Shown here piece by piece: positions 41,081-53,592 of a stretch of 64,000 bases of DNA. Each line of letters begins with the position of its first letter. The stretch's first letter is position 1. Origin of the DNA: Bacillota bacterium (GTDB taxonomy: Bacteria; Bacillota; Dethiobacteria; DTU022; PWGO01). The stretch lies in NCBI GenBank assembly GCA_012518215.1, contig JAAYSV010000041.1, forward strand, positions 30,931-94,930, written 5' to 3'. The notes beneath the pieces were generated by a model. It saw only the letters and a program-made list of their open reading frames with translations, was not told the origin of the DNA and searched no databases. Both the position numbers and the translations under genes were made by a program.

Positions 41081-41278
41081 TTATATCCCATATTTACGTT
41101 TGAACCGCTCCACCCTACCCCCGGTATCTACAAATTTCTGCTTGCCGGTAAAGAAGGGATGGCAGCGAGAACAGATATCTATCCTGATGTTCTCCTTCGT
41201 GGAACCTGTCTCGAACGATTCCCCGCATGCACAGGTAATCTTTGCCCTGTAATACTTGGGATGAATCTCCGCTTTCAT
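41081..41278 (-). CDS. rpmE: 50S ribosomal protein L31 (zinc-binding type, CxxC..CxxC)
   Basis: [10 protein letters not shown]...C.CG....C..CHPF. Start at internal Met 50 of the track ORF with AAGGAAAGGGGG RBS. Confidence 0.9.
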   Translation of the reverse strand: MKAEIHPKYYRAKITCACGESFETGSTKENIRIDICSRCHPFFTGKQKFVDTGGRVERFKRKYGI

Positions 41279-41594
41279 GCTTCTACCCCCTTTCCTTGCA
41301 ATTACCGCAGATATCATAGCATACTGGTGATGATAAAGCAACGTTAAAAACGGCAGTTCGAGTCGCATTGCAGGATGCAGAAGGCGAGCTGGAAGAGCGG
41401 GGCTTGCAATCGATCCGATTTCCACCGGGAATGGGTTTATGGGGAAACAGCTGCCCGGGGCAGCAGAACGTCGGTGCCATCAGGAAGGGACCGTATCTTC
41501 TGGCATTCATTTTATACGGGATTGCCTTTCACTTTCGTGTCGCACGGAAAGAGCGGCTTTTTCTCTTTTCTGCCGTTGCAGAGGGGTAAACCGG

Positions 41595-42596
41595 TCAGGG
41601 AAGATATTTTATGGGATCCAGGCGTTGATCCTGGTAAATTACTTCGAAATGGAGATGAGGTCCGGTCGAATTGCCTGTTGACCCCACGCGAGAAATCTCT
41701 TCTCCACGGTACACTTTCTGACCCGGCTCGACCAGCACTTTGGAATTGTGAGCATAGCGGGTCATCCATTCCCCATGTTCGATTTCCACCAGCAAACCGT
41801 AACGACCCCGGTATTGATTGTAGAGGACAGTGCCATCGGCAGCTGCAACGATGGGAGTACCCGAAGGAGCTGCAATATCAAGGCCGTGATGGAATCCATC
41901 TTCCCGCCATCCGTAAGGTGAGCTGATTGTTCCTTCCAGGGGCCATATGAAAGCAGGTACCCGCGTTGATGCCCCCGAGGCGCTACGCGAACTCACATCA
42001 CTGCGGTCAGCTGGAATGAACAATCGTTCCCCCTCCCGCAATGCTTTTTGCGTGCCCCGAGCCAGCCTGATTATTTCGTCTTTGGCCGTGTCATAAGTGG
42101 TAGCTATCTCATCGAGGGTCTCACCGGCCTGCACGGTGTGCACCAGACCGGTAGCACTCAACACTTCAAGCTCCTCGCCCGGGTAAATAAGGTCGGGATT
42201 GTCAAGCCCATTGAGGGAAATAATGGTGCGGATATCGGTACCGTATTTCCGCGCTATGTGGAATAACGTATCGCCACACTCCACGCGATGGGTGACGATT
42301 TCCAGCTTGTTTTCAGGCGCAGGGTTTGCTCTTGCCTCAATATAATTTTTCAGCTGGCCATAGTAGCGGGGTACAAAATTTTCAGAATGGTCGGAGCCGA
42401 CCGCAAGAACAGTGCCCCCGTACAACAGCGTGCCTGCCACCAGCACCCAGGACAGGATTTTCGATATTTTGGCTTTACAGGATGCGTCACCAGAAAACAT
42501 TCTATTGAACCTCCCGTCTGCCGTCTCCCGCCTCAAATATGGCACAGATACGACATAACATAGGATTTTCCGATAGTTTGCACCCATGTTTCCCAA
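41595..42596 (-). CDS. LysM-domain M23 metallopeptidase (catalytically intact: HxxxD, TxYxHN, HLHFE)
   Basis: Signal/TM N-terminus, two LysM repeats, then the M23 domain with all Zn-binding and catalytic motifs. Confidence 0.8.
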   Translation of the reverse strand: MGNMGANYRKILCYVVSVPYLRRETADGRFNRMFSGDASCKAKISKILSWVLVAGTLLYGGTVLAVGSDHSENFVPRYYGQLKNYIEARANPAPENKLEIVTHRVECGDTLFHIARKYGTDIRTIISLNGLDNPDLIYPGEELEVLSATGLVHTVQAGETLDEIATTYDTAKDEIIRLARGTQKALREGERLFIPADRSDVSSRSASGASTRVPAFIWPLEGTISSPYGWREDGFHHGLDIAAPSGTPIVAAADGTVLYNQYRGRYGLLVEIEHGEWMTRYAHNSKVLVEPGQKVYRGEEISRVGSTGNSTGPHLHFEVIYQDQRLDPIKYLP

Positions 42597-42647
42597 AATA
42601 TACCTTGATGTGGAAGATGCGTCCGGGATAAATATGCGGAAAAACGT

Positions 42648-43961
42648 TTACAGGCTGTGCATATTGCTCAGGAAATCCTGGTTGTGATTGGTCTGCTTCA
42701 ATTTGTTCAGGAGCAATTCAAGAAACTCGGCGTTCGAGGAACCGCCCATCGCCCTTCTCAAAGCCCACATGAGTTCGATCTTGTCCTCATCAAGCAGAAG
42801 TTCCTCGCGTCGCGTTCCGGAGCGGGAGATGTCAATTGCGGGGAAGATTCTTCTGTCGGCCAGTCGGCGGTCAAGATGAAGTTCCATGTTGCCGGTTCCT
42901 TTAAATTCCTCGTAGATGACATCATCCATACGGCTGCCGGTATCTACCAGGGCAGTGGCAATGATGGTCAGACTGCCACCTTCCTCTATCTTCCGGGCAG
43001 CCCCAAAAAAACGCTTCGGTTTATAAAAAGCACTCGGATCGATACCCCCGGACAGTGTCCGCCCGCTGGGGGGGATAACGAGGTTATATCCGCGCGCCAA
43101 TCTGGTGATGCTGTCCAGGAGAATAGCCACATCCCGTCCGTGTTCAACCAGCCGCTGTGCCCGTTCCCACACCAGTTCGGCGATACGGATATGGTTCTCC
43201 GGCCTCTCATCAAAGGTTGAGCTGGCCACATCTGCATTTACACTTCGTTTCATATCGGTAACTTCCTCGGGACGTTCGTCGATGAGCAGTATGATCAACT
43301 CCACCTCGGGGTAGTTTGTCGATATGCTGTTGGCAATCTCCTTCAACAACATGGTTTTTCCCGCTTTGGGAGGAGATACGATCAGTCCTCTCTGGCCCTT
43401 GCCGATCGGGATCAGCAAGTCCATGATCCGTGTGGAATATCTGGTCGGAGAGGTTTCCAGTATCAATTGATTCTCGGGGTGAATGGGAGTTAACGTCCCG
43501 AACAGGGGCCTTTTTGCCGCGGACTCGGGGTCTCCCCCGTTGATAGCCTCCACGAAAAGCAAGGCATGATATCTTTCGCTGTCCTTGGGCGGCCGTATCT
43601 GGCCGGATACGATGTCCCCCGTCCTCAGGTTGAAGCGACGGATCTGCGAAGCGGAAATGTAAATGTCGTCATCGGAGATGGAGTATTTCTGGCGTCTCAG
43701 AAAACCGAACCCGTCGTTCATGATCTCCAGCATGCCTTCAGCCAGCTCCTGATCCTTTGCCGCCTGTGTTCTGAAAGAAGCATCACGGCGAGACGGTTTG
43801 TAGGTTCGTGCTTCTTCCCGGGAATCCCGTTCCGCAACATGAGCCTTGATTACTTCCATAAGCTCTTTTTTCCTCAATAGAGAAATCCCCTTCAATCCCT
43901 CCTGCTTGGCGTATTCTTTCATTTCCGCCAGGGTCATACGTTCTATCTTTTCCAATTCCAA
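42648..43961 (-). CDS. rho: Transcription termination factor Rho
   Basis: N-terminal RNA-binding domain and RecA-like ATPase with Walker A PPKAGKT. 437 aa. Confidence 0.95.
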   Translation of the reverse strand: MELEKIERMTLAEMKEYAKQEGLKGISLLRKKELMEVIKAHVAERDSREEARTYKPSRRDASFRTQAAKDQELAEGMLEIMNDGFGFLRRQKYSISDDDIYISASQIRRFNLRTGDIVSGQIRPPKDSERYHALLFVEAINGGDPESAAKRPLFGTLTPIHPENQLILETSPTRYSTRIMDLLIPIGKGQRGLIVSPPKAGKTMLLKEIANSISTNYPEVELIILLIDERPEEVTDMKRSVNADVASSTFDERPENHIRIAELVWERAQRLVEHGRDVAILLDSITRLARGYNLVIPPSGRTLSGGIDPSAFYKPKRFFGAARKIEEGGSLTIIATALVDTGSRMDDVIYEEFKGTGNMELHLDRRLADRRIFPAIDISRSGTRREELLLDEDKIELMWALRRAMGGSSNAEFLELLLNKLKQTNHNQDFLSNMHSL

Positions 43962-44017
43962 ACCTGTTACCTCCTGTTACTATTTTTTATTGTTGAACTG
44001 CTAACGCCAACCTCCTC

Positions 44018-45022
44018 TCAAGGGGATGAGTTGGTAAAATACAGGAACAACAAAGAAACCAGGTAACCGATCACTATCGCTATCGAATCGTACCCCAATC
44101 CTGCAATCCGCCTGGAAGTACGGAAAACCAGGCCGAAGACAGCCATGGAAGTTATCATCACCACGAAGAAAATGGTTACAAGATGGCTTTTTGACACAGC
44201 CGAGAGCAACGGGCCTCCCGCATAGGCAATGTCGGCAAAGAACAGGATCACAAGATTGAAATAATTGGCTCCGAAAACGTTGGCAATAGCCATGTTGAAC
44301 AGTCCCCGGCGTACCGCCGTAACCGCCGTAACCACCTCGGGGAGGGAAGTGCTCACCGCCAAAAAAAGAGTTCCTACAAATGTCTGCCCCAGCCCCGTTT
44401 CCCGCGCTATCATTTCAGCCGTGTCCGCCAGATTGACGCCGGCAAAAACGATCAGAATCCCTGCCAGGATGAAACCGACAACCGCAATGACAGTCCGTTC
44501 CCCTGAAATCGCTTTTGCTTTTTGATGATTGTTGATCAGATTTTGCTGGTCTTTCCTTTCATAAGAACTTATTAAGAAACTTCCGATAATATACAGAAAC
44601 AACAGGATGAATGTATCAAACCCCACGCCAGATACCTGGAGTTCGAAGGGGAAAATGATGGCAAGGCCTGTAAAGCCGATCATCAACAACCCGCATGATG
44701 CCGTCATGACATGGTTTTTTTTGGCCTTTCCCAGAATCGTCCCCCGCCGTTGAAACAGATCGATGATCGCGATAATCGAAAGGTTAAAAAGATTGCTTCC
44801 CAGAAGGTTGCCGACTGCAAGGTCAGGTGTGTCTATGACGGCCGCCCTCAGGCTGGTTACCAGTTCGGGAAGAGATGTAACCAGCGGTAACAGAAAAAAT
44901 CCTCCCCAGATGACCCCCAGTCCCAGACGCCTGGAAATCAATTCTGTACTGTTCGTCAGCCGAGCCCCAGCAACAACAATTATCAGTGCATTTATTATAA
45001 ATTTGATCCATACTAGAAACAT
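44018..45022 (-). CDS. CaCA-family cation/Ca2+ antiporter (YrbG-like)
   Basis: Two alpha-repeat signatures (GNLLGSNLFN and ANVFGANYFN) in each half. Confidence 0.75.
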   Translation of the reverse strand: MFLVWIKFIINALIIVVAGARLTNSTELISRRLGLGVIWGGFFLLPLVTSLPELVTSLRAAVIDTPDLAVGNLLGSNLFNLSIIAIIDLFQRRGTILGKAKKNHVMTASCGLLMIGFTGLAIIFPFELQVSGVGFDTFILLFLYIIGSFLISSYERKDQQNLINNHQKAKAISGERTVIAVVGFILAGILIVFAGVNLADTAEMIARETGLGQTFVGTLFLAVSTSLPEVVTAVTAVRRGLFNMAIANVFGANYFNLVILFFADIAYAGGPLLSAVSKSHLVTIFFVVMITSMAVFGLVFRTSRRIAGLGYDSIAIVIGYLVSLLFLYFTNSSP

Positions 45023-45413
45023 TTTTTTTCTCCGTTGTATACTAAGGGATCAGGCATACCATACGGGTAATTATTTGGATTGAGGAGTTAGGGCGAAGAG
45101 CCCCGAATTGTTTATTTTACCTGCTGATCGGGCTGTCCTCCCAGAAGAAATTATGAACCAATCCTTCCGCTTTTATGCTTTTACAAGGAATGAACGGGTA
45201 TTCTTGTATCCCGATTGTGCGTAATGATGATTGTTAAATTAAATTTTTTTCTCCACGGCGATGGTCTGCTTTCTATATTCTATATTATTGATTGATACAA
45301 TCATTCGGGAAATTTTGTTTACATGGAAGGCCATCAAGACAAAGTATGCTCACAAAGGTGCATTTCAACACAAAAAACATTTTTCCTTCTTTTGTGCAAA
45401 TATTATTTTTTCT

Positions 45414-47054
<1,641 letters not shown>

Positions 47055-47960
47055 TCATTGCATTCGCCCATCGGCATGATTCCTCCCCCCCTCCAAGATC
47101 AAGATCGCTTCTCTTATTATCTTGGCTCCCAGAATGGTCGTAATCTGTCCATGGTCATATGCAGGATTCACTTCTACAAGGTCGAATCCGACCAGATTCA
47201 AATCCCGGATCAACGTCAAGGCCCGCAACAGGCACGTAGATGTAATTCCCCCCGGCTCGGGTGTTCCCGTTCCGGGCGCATAGGCAGGATCGACAACATC
47301 AATATCGACGGTAACATAAACGGGGCGATCTTCCAGCTCCTCGATGGTTCTTTTCAAAGCCGCAAGTATCCCCCGTGAAAAATATTTCGTGTTCCGGTCC
47401 GCCACGTCTACCTCGGCAGCATCTGCGGAACGGATGCCAAACTGGTAAATATGCTTGATTCCGCGTTTTACAATTCGGTAAATAACCGAAGCATGGGAAA
47501 TTTCCTCCCCCAGGTACCGGGGGCGCAGATCAAAATGAGCGTCAAAATGCAAAACGGCAAGATCTGGATACCCATTGGAAAACAGCGCACAAACCGGAGC
47601 ATAGGTTATGGAGTGATCCCCACCGATGAGCAAGGGTTTCTTCCCCTGCTTCACTATCTCTGTCACAACCTTCTCAACACGGAACAATGATTCTTGCGGA
47701 TCGGCCGTGGGCAGAATCAGGTCTCCGAGATCATGGACCCGGGCAGACGAGAAGTCTGCATCCAGTTCCAGGCTGTAATTTTCCAGACAATCAAAAACCT
47801 TGCGTATCTCCTCCGGAGCAAACCGCGCCCCGGGGCGGTAGCTCGAAGTAGAATCCATGGGAACCCCAAGAATGACCGTCCCGGCATCTGCCCAGCTGAA
47901 GTTTTTCTCCAGGAAAGATGTTTTTCGTCGAAACCATCGGTTGCATATCATACGCTCCAT
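47055..47960 (-). CDS. speB: Agmatinase (arginase/ureohydrolase family)
   Basis: Mn-binding motifs (GGDHSIT, DAHFD, VDIDVVDPA). Confidence 0.85.
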   Translation of the reverse strand: MERMICNRWFRRKTSFLEKNFSWADAGTVILGVPMDSTSSYRPGARFAPEEIRKVFDCLENYSLELDADFSSARVHDLGDLILPTADPQESLFRVEKVVTEIVKQGKKPLLIGGDHSITYAPVCALFSNGYPDLAVLHFDAHFDLRPRYLGEEISHASVIYRIVKRGIKHIYQFGIRSADAAEVDVADRNTKYFSRGILAALKRTIEELEDRPVYVTVDIDVVDPAYAPGTGTPEPGGITSTCLLRALTLIRDLNLVGFDLVEVNPAYDHGQITTILGAKIIREAILILEGGRNHADGRMQ

Positions 47961-47996
47961 GCTCTGCTCCTAAAGTAACAGCCGCTGTCATCTATA

Positions 47997-48908
47997 TTAT
48001 TTCTGCAAACGTGGCAATAAACCTTTAACAAATGGCGGCAAAACAAATGCACTTTCATGAATTTCCGGTGAGTAGTACCGGCATCCGGCAATCTTTCCCG
48101 CCCGTTTCATGGCCCGGGAATCGCCGGGATGATGTTTCCTGGATCCAAGCATGAAACTCCACAGGCCACTTGGATATGAAGGGATCGAGGCCAGATACAA
48201 TTCTGCAATCGGAAACAACTCCTGGAAATAAGTAAAGGAGCGCGTGATCAGTTCTCCGTTGCAAAAAGGTGACTCTGTCTGGGCCACAAGGATGCCTTCC
48301 TCCGACAATGCACCGTACGCCCGGCGGTAAAATTCCTGGCTGAAAAGATCCGCTGATGGTCCCGTCGGTTCGCTGGAATCGATGATGATGATATCATACC
48401 TGTCTTCCGGTTGATACAGGAATTTGACACCGTCCTCGTAACAGATCTTCACCCGACTGTCGCCCAATGCACCGCTCGTTTTCGGCAGGTACCTTCTGCA
48501 TGCTTCCACGACCTCGTGATCTATTTCCACGAGGGTAACCTGTTCGACATGCGGGTGCTTGAGCGCTTCCTGGACGGCACCCCCATCCCCGCCACCGATG
48601 ACCAGTACTTTCCGCGGTGATGGATGGGTAGCCATGGGAACGTGGATAATCATCTCGTGATAAATGAACCCGTCTCCTTCACTGGTTTGGATATATCCAT
48701 CAAGGACAAGCATGCGGCCAAAGGAAACGGTGTTGATTACCGCGATCTTCTGGTACGCCGACTGTTTATCCAGCAGGACGTCCACGACCCGGCAGCTCAG
48801 ATTTATATCGGAGGTCTGCTCCTCTGTAAACCACAAGTTCATTCTCGGTGCGCCTTCCCGGCCTTGAAGCCGGTAGGGTTTCCTTTCCATGAATATTATC
48901 AGTACCAC
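47997..48908 (-). CDS. speE: Polyamine aminopropyltransferase (spermidine synthase)
   Basis: VLVIGGGDGG dcSAM-binding motif and PABS fold length. Confidence 0.85.
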   Translation of the reverse strand: MVLIIFMERKPYRLQGREGAPRMNLWFTEEQTSDINLSCRVVDVLLDKQSAYQKIAVINTVSFGRMLVLDGYIQTSEGDGFIYHEMIIHVPMATHPSPRKVLVIGGGDGGAVQEALKHPHVEQVTLVEIDHEVVEACRRYLPKTSGALGDSRVKICYEDGVKFLYQPEDRYDIIIIDSSEPTGPSADLFSQEFYRRAYGALSEEGILVAQTESPFCNGELITRSFTYFQELFPIAELYLASIPSYPSGLWSFMLGSRKHHPGDSRAMKRAGKIAGCRYYSPEIHESAFVLPPFVKGLLPRLQK

Positions 48909-49402
48909 ATCACCACGGCGGCGACCACTGCACCCACGTGTCTGACCCGATGTTCAATTCCCTTGACAACCATGTTTTCAAGATGAATAGCGCGGTTTTT
49001 GAACGCATCCTCTAGCATGGTTTTCACCACCGCTTCCGCTTCTTCCCGGCCCTCCTTCCCGGAATATTCCATGATCACTCCGAATGAATCATGCGTGAAG
49101 CCGATGCCGACAGCAGCGGAAATGATCTGATCGGGCATATCCGAGCAAGTGGTGCCGTAAGCGGCAGGAACCAGCGAACCTTCCGGAACAATCAATCCGG
49201 GTGCTTCCGCGGCAAAAGGCGGTAGTATGCTGGTCACCCTGACCAGGTTGATATTCCCGATTCCGGCTTCCAGAAGGGCACCATCAAAAGCAGACAGCAT
49301 TGTTTTCCCTTCGCTGGAACCCAGGGCAATCTTGTATTTACGGGGTGTGGGCAGCATCCGGTTCACCTTCTTTGATGTATTGCCAGGAATTTTCACTTCC
49401 AC
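48899..49402 (-). CDS. pdaD: Pyruvoyl-dependent arginine decarboxylase (PdaD family)
   Basis: ~165 aa with PdaD-type N-terminal region (KYKIALGSSEGKTMLSAFDGALLEAGIGNINLVRVTSILP). Overlaps speE by 10 nt. Confidence 0.8.
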   Translation of the reverse strand: MEVKIPGNTSKKVNRMLPTPRKYKIALGSSEGKTMLSAFDGALLEAGIGNINLVRVTSILPPFAAEAPGLIVPEGSLVPAAYGTTCSDMPDQIISAAVGIGFTHDSFGVIMEYSGKEGREEAEAVVKTMLEDAFKNRAIHLENMVVKGIEHRVRHVGAVVAAVVMWY

Positions 49403-49617
49403 AGATTATATCAGAATGCCCTTCAAAAATAAACCAGAAAACACCTTTGAATATTTTTTTTATTGGGCTTATTATATCCACCAGGAGGGACATACTATTG
49501 GGTTACACAGATTGATAGCCAGACGTATATACCGCCGCGCATTTGTTTTGGTTTTGCATGCCCGGGCGATCTTTCCCTGGCCAGGATTTTCTATGGCCGA
49601 CATGGAAGGTGGAGAAT

Positions 49618-51612
49618 GTGAACAGGAAAAGAGTCTTTGACTTCATTTTTTGTGCCTTTATCATCCTGCTATTGAGTTTCAACGGCGGCTGCGGCAAGTT
49701 GCTTCCCGAAAGCTACATGGGCCTGCCTGCCATAAAACAACCGCTAACGACCCGTATTTATTACAATGATGGGGAACTGATGGCCCAGCATTATGTCGAA
49801 AACCGTATCGAGGTGTCGCTCGAGGATATCCCCGAGGAAGTTGTGCAGGCTACCATTGCCACGGAAGATAAAAATTTCTTTCGTCATTTCGGCCTTGATT
49901 TTGCCGGTATAATCAGGGCTGCCTATTATGATTTCAAGAACAAGAAAATCAGCCAGGGCGGCAGTACCATCAGCCAGCAGCTGGCCAAGAACCTTTTCCT
50001 TTCCCATGAACGAACCTGGGAAAGGAAGATCAAGGAGCTTTTCCTCACCCTGAGGTTGGAACAGGTTTATTCCAAGGGAGACATCCTGGAAAAATATCTG
50101 AATACGATCTACTACGGCCATGCAGCTTATGGCATCGAGGCTGCTGCAGAAACCTATTTTGGCAAAAAAGCCTCGGAACTCAACCTGTCGGAATCAGCCA
50201 TGCTGGCCGGCCTGCCGCGGGGCCCGCTCTACTATTCTCCTTTTCTGGATATGGACGCGGCACGCAAGAGGCAGGCTCACGTTCTGGGCTTGATGGAGGC
50301 CGAGGGTTATATCTCGGCAGCGGAAAAAAAGAAGGCCCTGGCGCAACCCATCCTTCTGAAACCACCGGACAGTACCGTTGAAGCCGGGTACCTGGTCGAT
50401 TATATCATCAATACGGAACTGGTTGATCTCTGGGAACAGGATTCTTCCCTGCTGTCCACGGGGGGGCTTGAAATCCATACTTCCCTTGATCCGCGGATGC
50501 AATCTATAGCCGAAAAAATCATGAAGGAAAAAATACCTGTGAGCGAATCCGACCAGGAAGGTATCAGCCAACCCCAGGGAGCCCTTGTGGCTATCGACCC
50601 GCTGACCGGATACATCCGAGCCATGGTCGGCGGCAAGGACTACACGGAGACGATGTTCAACCGCGTCTTTTCCCTTCGTTCCCCGGGGTCCGCATTCAAA
50701 CCTTTCGTCTATGCCGCCGCTCTGGAAAATGGCTACACTGCCGCTTCCAGGTTCCACTGTGAACCGACCGAGTTCTGGGAAGAAGGGATGGACGCCCCTT
50801 ACCGCCCGGCAGATTTCGGCAACACCTTTCATTACGACACCTTGACCATGAGGGAAGCCATAAGTCAATCGTGCAACGTTATCGCTGTAAAACTCAATGC
50901 CGAGATCGGGAATAAAAAATCGATGGAGATGGCCCACCGCCTGGGGATCAGGAGCCCCATCGGCGATTACCTTTCGCTGCCGCTGGGGACATCCGAGGTT
51001 ACGTTGATGGAGATGGCTTCGGCCTTTGCACCCTTTGCCAACGGGGGCTTCCGCATCGAACCGATGGCGGTAAAAAAAGTGATCGATCGCGAAGGAAAAG
51101 TGGTCTGGGAGACGGAACCGGAAAGGCAGCCGGTTCTCGACGAGGGTATCGCCTACATCATGACCGACATGATGAAAGGCGTGTTCAGGGAAGGAGGCAC
51201 CGGTTTCCGCGCTGCTCATCTTCTTGATCGGCCGGTTGCCGGCAAAACGGGCACCTCCAGCAACACCAAGGATGCCTATACCATCGGTTATACCCCGGAT
51301 CTCGTGGCTGGCGTCTATATCGGGCACGACCAGGGGAAATCCCTGGGAGCCGACGGGGGGCGCCTGGCCGCTCCGCTATGGGCCGAATTCATAACCGGGG
51401 CTCTGAAAGATACCCCGCCCCGCGATTTCAGCCGCCCTCCCGCCATGGTGGAGGTATCCATCTGCCCCCACACGGGCCTGAAGCAAAGCCCCTGGTGCCA
51501 GGCCGAGGGCTACACGGAGCTGTTTGTGGAGGGAACGGAGCCCGAACAATCCTGCTCCTATCCCGAATGTCATTCAACCCCCATCTACCCCTGGTGGCCG
51601 TGGTGGAGATAA
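49618..51612 (+). CDS. Class A penicillin-binding protein (PBP1A-type transglycosylase/transpeptidase)
   Basis: GT51 motifs (EDKNFF, GGSTISQQ), transpeptidase SxxK/KTG motifs and an N-terminal TM anchor. Start taken at GTG ~49618 after GGTGGAG. Confidence 0.85.
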   Translation: MNRKRVFDFIFCAFIILLLSFNGGCGKLLPESYMGLPAIKQPLTTRIYYNDGELMAQHYVENRIEVSLEDIPEEVVQATIATEDKNFFRHFGLDFAGIIRAAYYDFKNKKISQGGSTISQQLAKNLFLSHERTWERKIKELFLTLRLEQVYSKGDILEKYLNTIYYGHAAYGIEAAAETYFGKKASELNLSESAMLAGLPRGPLYYSPFLDMDAARKRQAHVLGLMEAEGYISAAEKKKALAQPILLKPPDSTVEAGYLVDYIINTELVDLWEQDSSLLSTGGLEIHTSLDPRMQSIAEKIMKEKIPVSESDQEGISQPQGALVAIDPLTGYIRAMVGGKDYTETMFNRVFSLRSPGSAFKPFVYAAALENGYTAASRFHCEPTEFWEEGMDAPYRPADFGNTFHYDTLTMREAISQSCNVIAVKLNAEIGNKKSMEMAHRLGIRSPIGDYLSLPLGTSEVTLMEMASAFAPFANGGFRIEPMAVKKVIDREGKVVWETEPERQPVLDEGIAYIMTDMMKGVFREGGTGFRAAHLLDRPVAGKTGTSSNTKDAYTIGYTPDLVAGVYIGHDQGKSLGADGGRLAAPLWAEFITGALKDTPPRDFSRPPAMVEVSICPHTGLKQSPWCQAEGYTELFVEGTEPEQSCSYPECHSTPIYPWWPWWR

Positions 51613-51650
51613 ACCGGATGTAACAGTAATGATGTCGCGGTCAGCCCCGC

Positions 51651-52280
51651 TCAAAAGCCCTGTTGCAGAAAAGGGTTATGTTCACGTTCATACCCCACTG
51701 TTGAAGTGGGGCCATGCCCGGGATAAATGACAGTCTCGTCCGGCCATACCAATATTTTTTTTCTGATGCTTTCTATGATCTCTTTCAGGGAACCTCCCTT
51801 GAGATCGGTACGTCCGATGGACAGGTTGAACAGCGTATCCCCGGTAAAAATCGCAGGGGGATCGCTACCCGCCACCAACGATATTCCGCCGGGGGTATGT
51901 CCCGGCGTTTCAAGAACATTCATCTGCAGATCACCGAAGGCGATGACGTCCCCTTCGCGGACAAACCGATCCGGAGGCGGGGGCGCCTTCAAGATCAGGG
52001 AAAGCCCCAATCCCGGTTTGCTATAAATAGCGAGGTCCTTGCGGTGCAGGATGATGGGGGCTCCTGTTGCCTTCTGCACCCGGGCATTGGCCCCCGTATG
52101 ATCATAATGACCGTGCGTGTTGATGATCGCTTTGACTTCCCATCCCCGTTTGTCGATTTCGCCAAGAATTTTCCCCCCGGCAGCACCCGGGTCGATGACG
52201 GCGCATTCCCCCGTTTTTTTACAACCGACGAGATAACAGTTGGAGGCCAGCACCCCCACAACCAGCATCTGGATAATCAT
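51651..52280 (-). CDS. MBL-fold metallo-hydrolase (glyoxalase II-like, HxHxDH)
   Basis: THGHYDHTG motif. Start at internal Met 34 of the track ORF, which removes the apparent overlap with the DUF192 gene. Confidence 0.7.
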   Translation of the reverse strand: MIIQMLVVGVLASNCYLVGCKKTGECAVIDPGAAGGKILGEIDKRGWEVKAIINTHGHYDHTGANARVQKATGAPIILHRKDLAIYSKPGLGLSLILKAPPPPDRFVREGDVIAFGDLQMNVLETPGHTPGGISLVAGSDPPAIFTGDTLFNLSIGRTDLKGGSLKEIIESIRKKILVWPDETVIYPGHGPTSTVGYEREHNPFLQQGF

Positions 52281-52294
52281 CGTTCCGTCCCCCT

Positions 52295-52642
52295 CTACCG
52301 GCCATTGATCTCCAGCCGATCCCCCGGCCTGATCCCAAGCCGATATATGGTTCCCGGTGAAAATTCGAGAACATGGCATGCTTTCTTTATTATGGGGGAG
52401 AAACGGTTTGGTTTCAAGGCGGGGCAGACTTCGAGCACTTTGAAATCGTGGTCAAGAAAAAGAATGTCAACAGGATAGCGCATGAAAAAAGTGTGTACAC
52501 CCCGGCAAGGGGTAAGCATCAGGGCTTTCCCCGCAGGCATTTTTTTTGTAAACATCAGTCCCCGCAAGCGTTGCAAAAAGGTTCGCGCCGGGATAATGTT
52601 TGCCAGGCGTCTCCCATCCTTTTCGAGATACAAAAGTGACAT
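52295..52642 (-). CDS. DUF192 (COG1430) protein
   Basis: 115 aa, conserved DUF192 core (TPCRGVHTFFMRYP.D..FLD). Confidence 0.6.
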   Translation of the reverse strand: MSLLYLEKDGRRLANIIPARTFLQRLRGLMFTKKMPAGKALMLTPCRGVHTFFMRYPVDILFLDHDFKVLEVCPALKPNRFSPIIKKACHVLEFSPGTIYRLGIRPGDRLEINGR

Positions 52643-52656
52643 TTCTTCACCCTTTT

Positions 52657-53592
52657 TTACAATACTTTCAACATCTGAACGACAGCCGGCCCCAGAAGCA
52701 CGATAAAAATAACTGGAAAGATAAAGATAAGCATCGGAACAAGCATCTTGATGGGAGCCTTCATCGCCTCTTCTTCTATCTCTTGCCTGCGCTTGTGACG
52801 GATCAGTTCTGACTGTGTCCGCAGGACATCCCCCAGGCGCAGGCCGAGTTGATCGGCCTGGATGATGGCCGTGGTAAATGTGGTCAAGGAATCAACGTTG
52901 ACGCGCGTGGCCAGGTCACGCAGTGCCTTGCGCCTTGGTTTGCCCATCTTCACTTCCTGCGCCACCTGCCGGAACTCTCTGGCCAGGGCCCCCTTCCTCT
53001 TCTCCGTCACTTTCATGAGAGCCGCATCCCAACCGTAACCGGCTTCGATACTGACCGTCAACAGATCAAGGACATCCGGCATCGACCTTTCGATCTCCAG
53101 GCCGCGGTTTCTGGCCAATCTGATCAGATAATAGTCGGGAAGAATCCATAGTCCCAATACCACCCCGGCAACAACCGCTACCATCTGATAGAAACTTAGT
53201 TTGTTGAACAGGGGGATGCCCAGCAGACTGACCACGATAATGCATAGGACCTTGATGGTAAGGTATTCCCCCGCCACGAGCCCCCCCGGGTTCCCCGCCT
53301 GATTGAGTTTGGGTTGCAGTTCTTCGATAATCGAGGTCGGCAGGAGTTTGTTGAATGTTTTCGTTGCTTTCCCCAGAAGGGGACGGATAACCCGTTCCGT
53401 GAAAGATTTTTGCAGTTCTGCATCGCGTATATCGATCACTATTTCCTCGCCGCGAGAAGAGATTTCATTCAACCTCCTGATAATATCCACCTCTTCCCGT
53501 TCCAAAAAAGCAGACACCGCCAAGACGGCGAAGAAAATGCTCATGGCAGCAAAAATACAGGATGTTTGTATCATGACCATACCCCCTACCAA
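52657..53592 (-). CDS. tadC: Tad pilus inner-membrane platform protein TadC (T2SS-F family)
   Basis: GspF/TadC-like domain with TM helices. 7-nt overlap with tadB. Confidence 0.7.
   Translation of the reverse strand: MVGGMVMIQTSCIFAAMSIFFAVLAVSAFLEREEVDIIRRLNEISSRGEEIVIDIRDAELQKSFTERVIRPLLGKATKTFNKLLPTSIIEELQPKLNQAGNPGGLVAGEYLTIKVLCIIVVSLLGIPLFNKLSFYQMVAVVAGVVLGLWILPDYYLIRLARNRGLEIERSMPDVLDLLTVSIEAGYGWDAALMKVTEKRKGALAREFRQVAQEVKMGKPRRKALRDLATRVNVDSLTTFTTAIIQADQLGLRLGDVLRTQSELIRHKRRQEIEEEAMKAPIKMLVPMLIFIFPVIFIVLLGPAVVQMLKVL

Noticed and set aside
51652-51676. Hairpin AGCCCTgttgcagaaaAGGGTT considered as a bidirectional terminator between PBP1A and the MBL gene
   Set aside because: It lies inside the C-terminal coding sequence of the MBL hydrolase (encodes ...PFLQQGF), so it is not an intergenic terminator.
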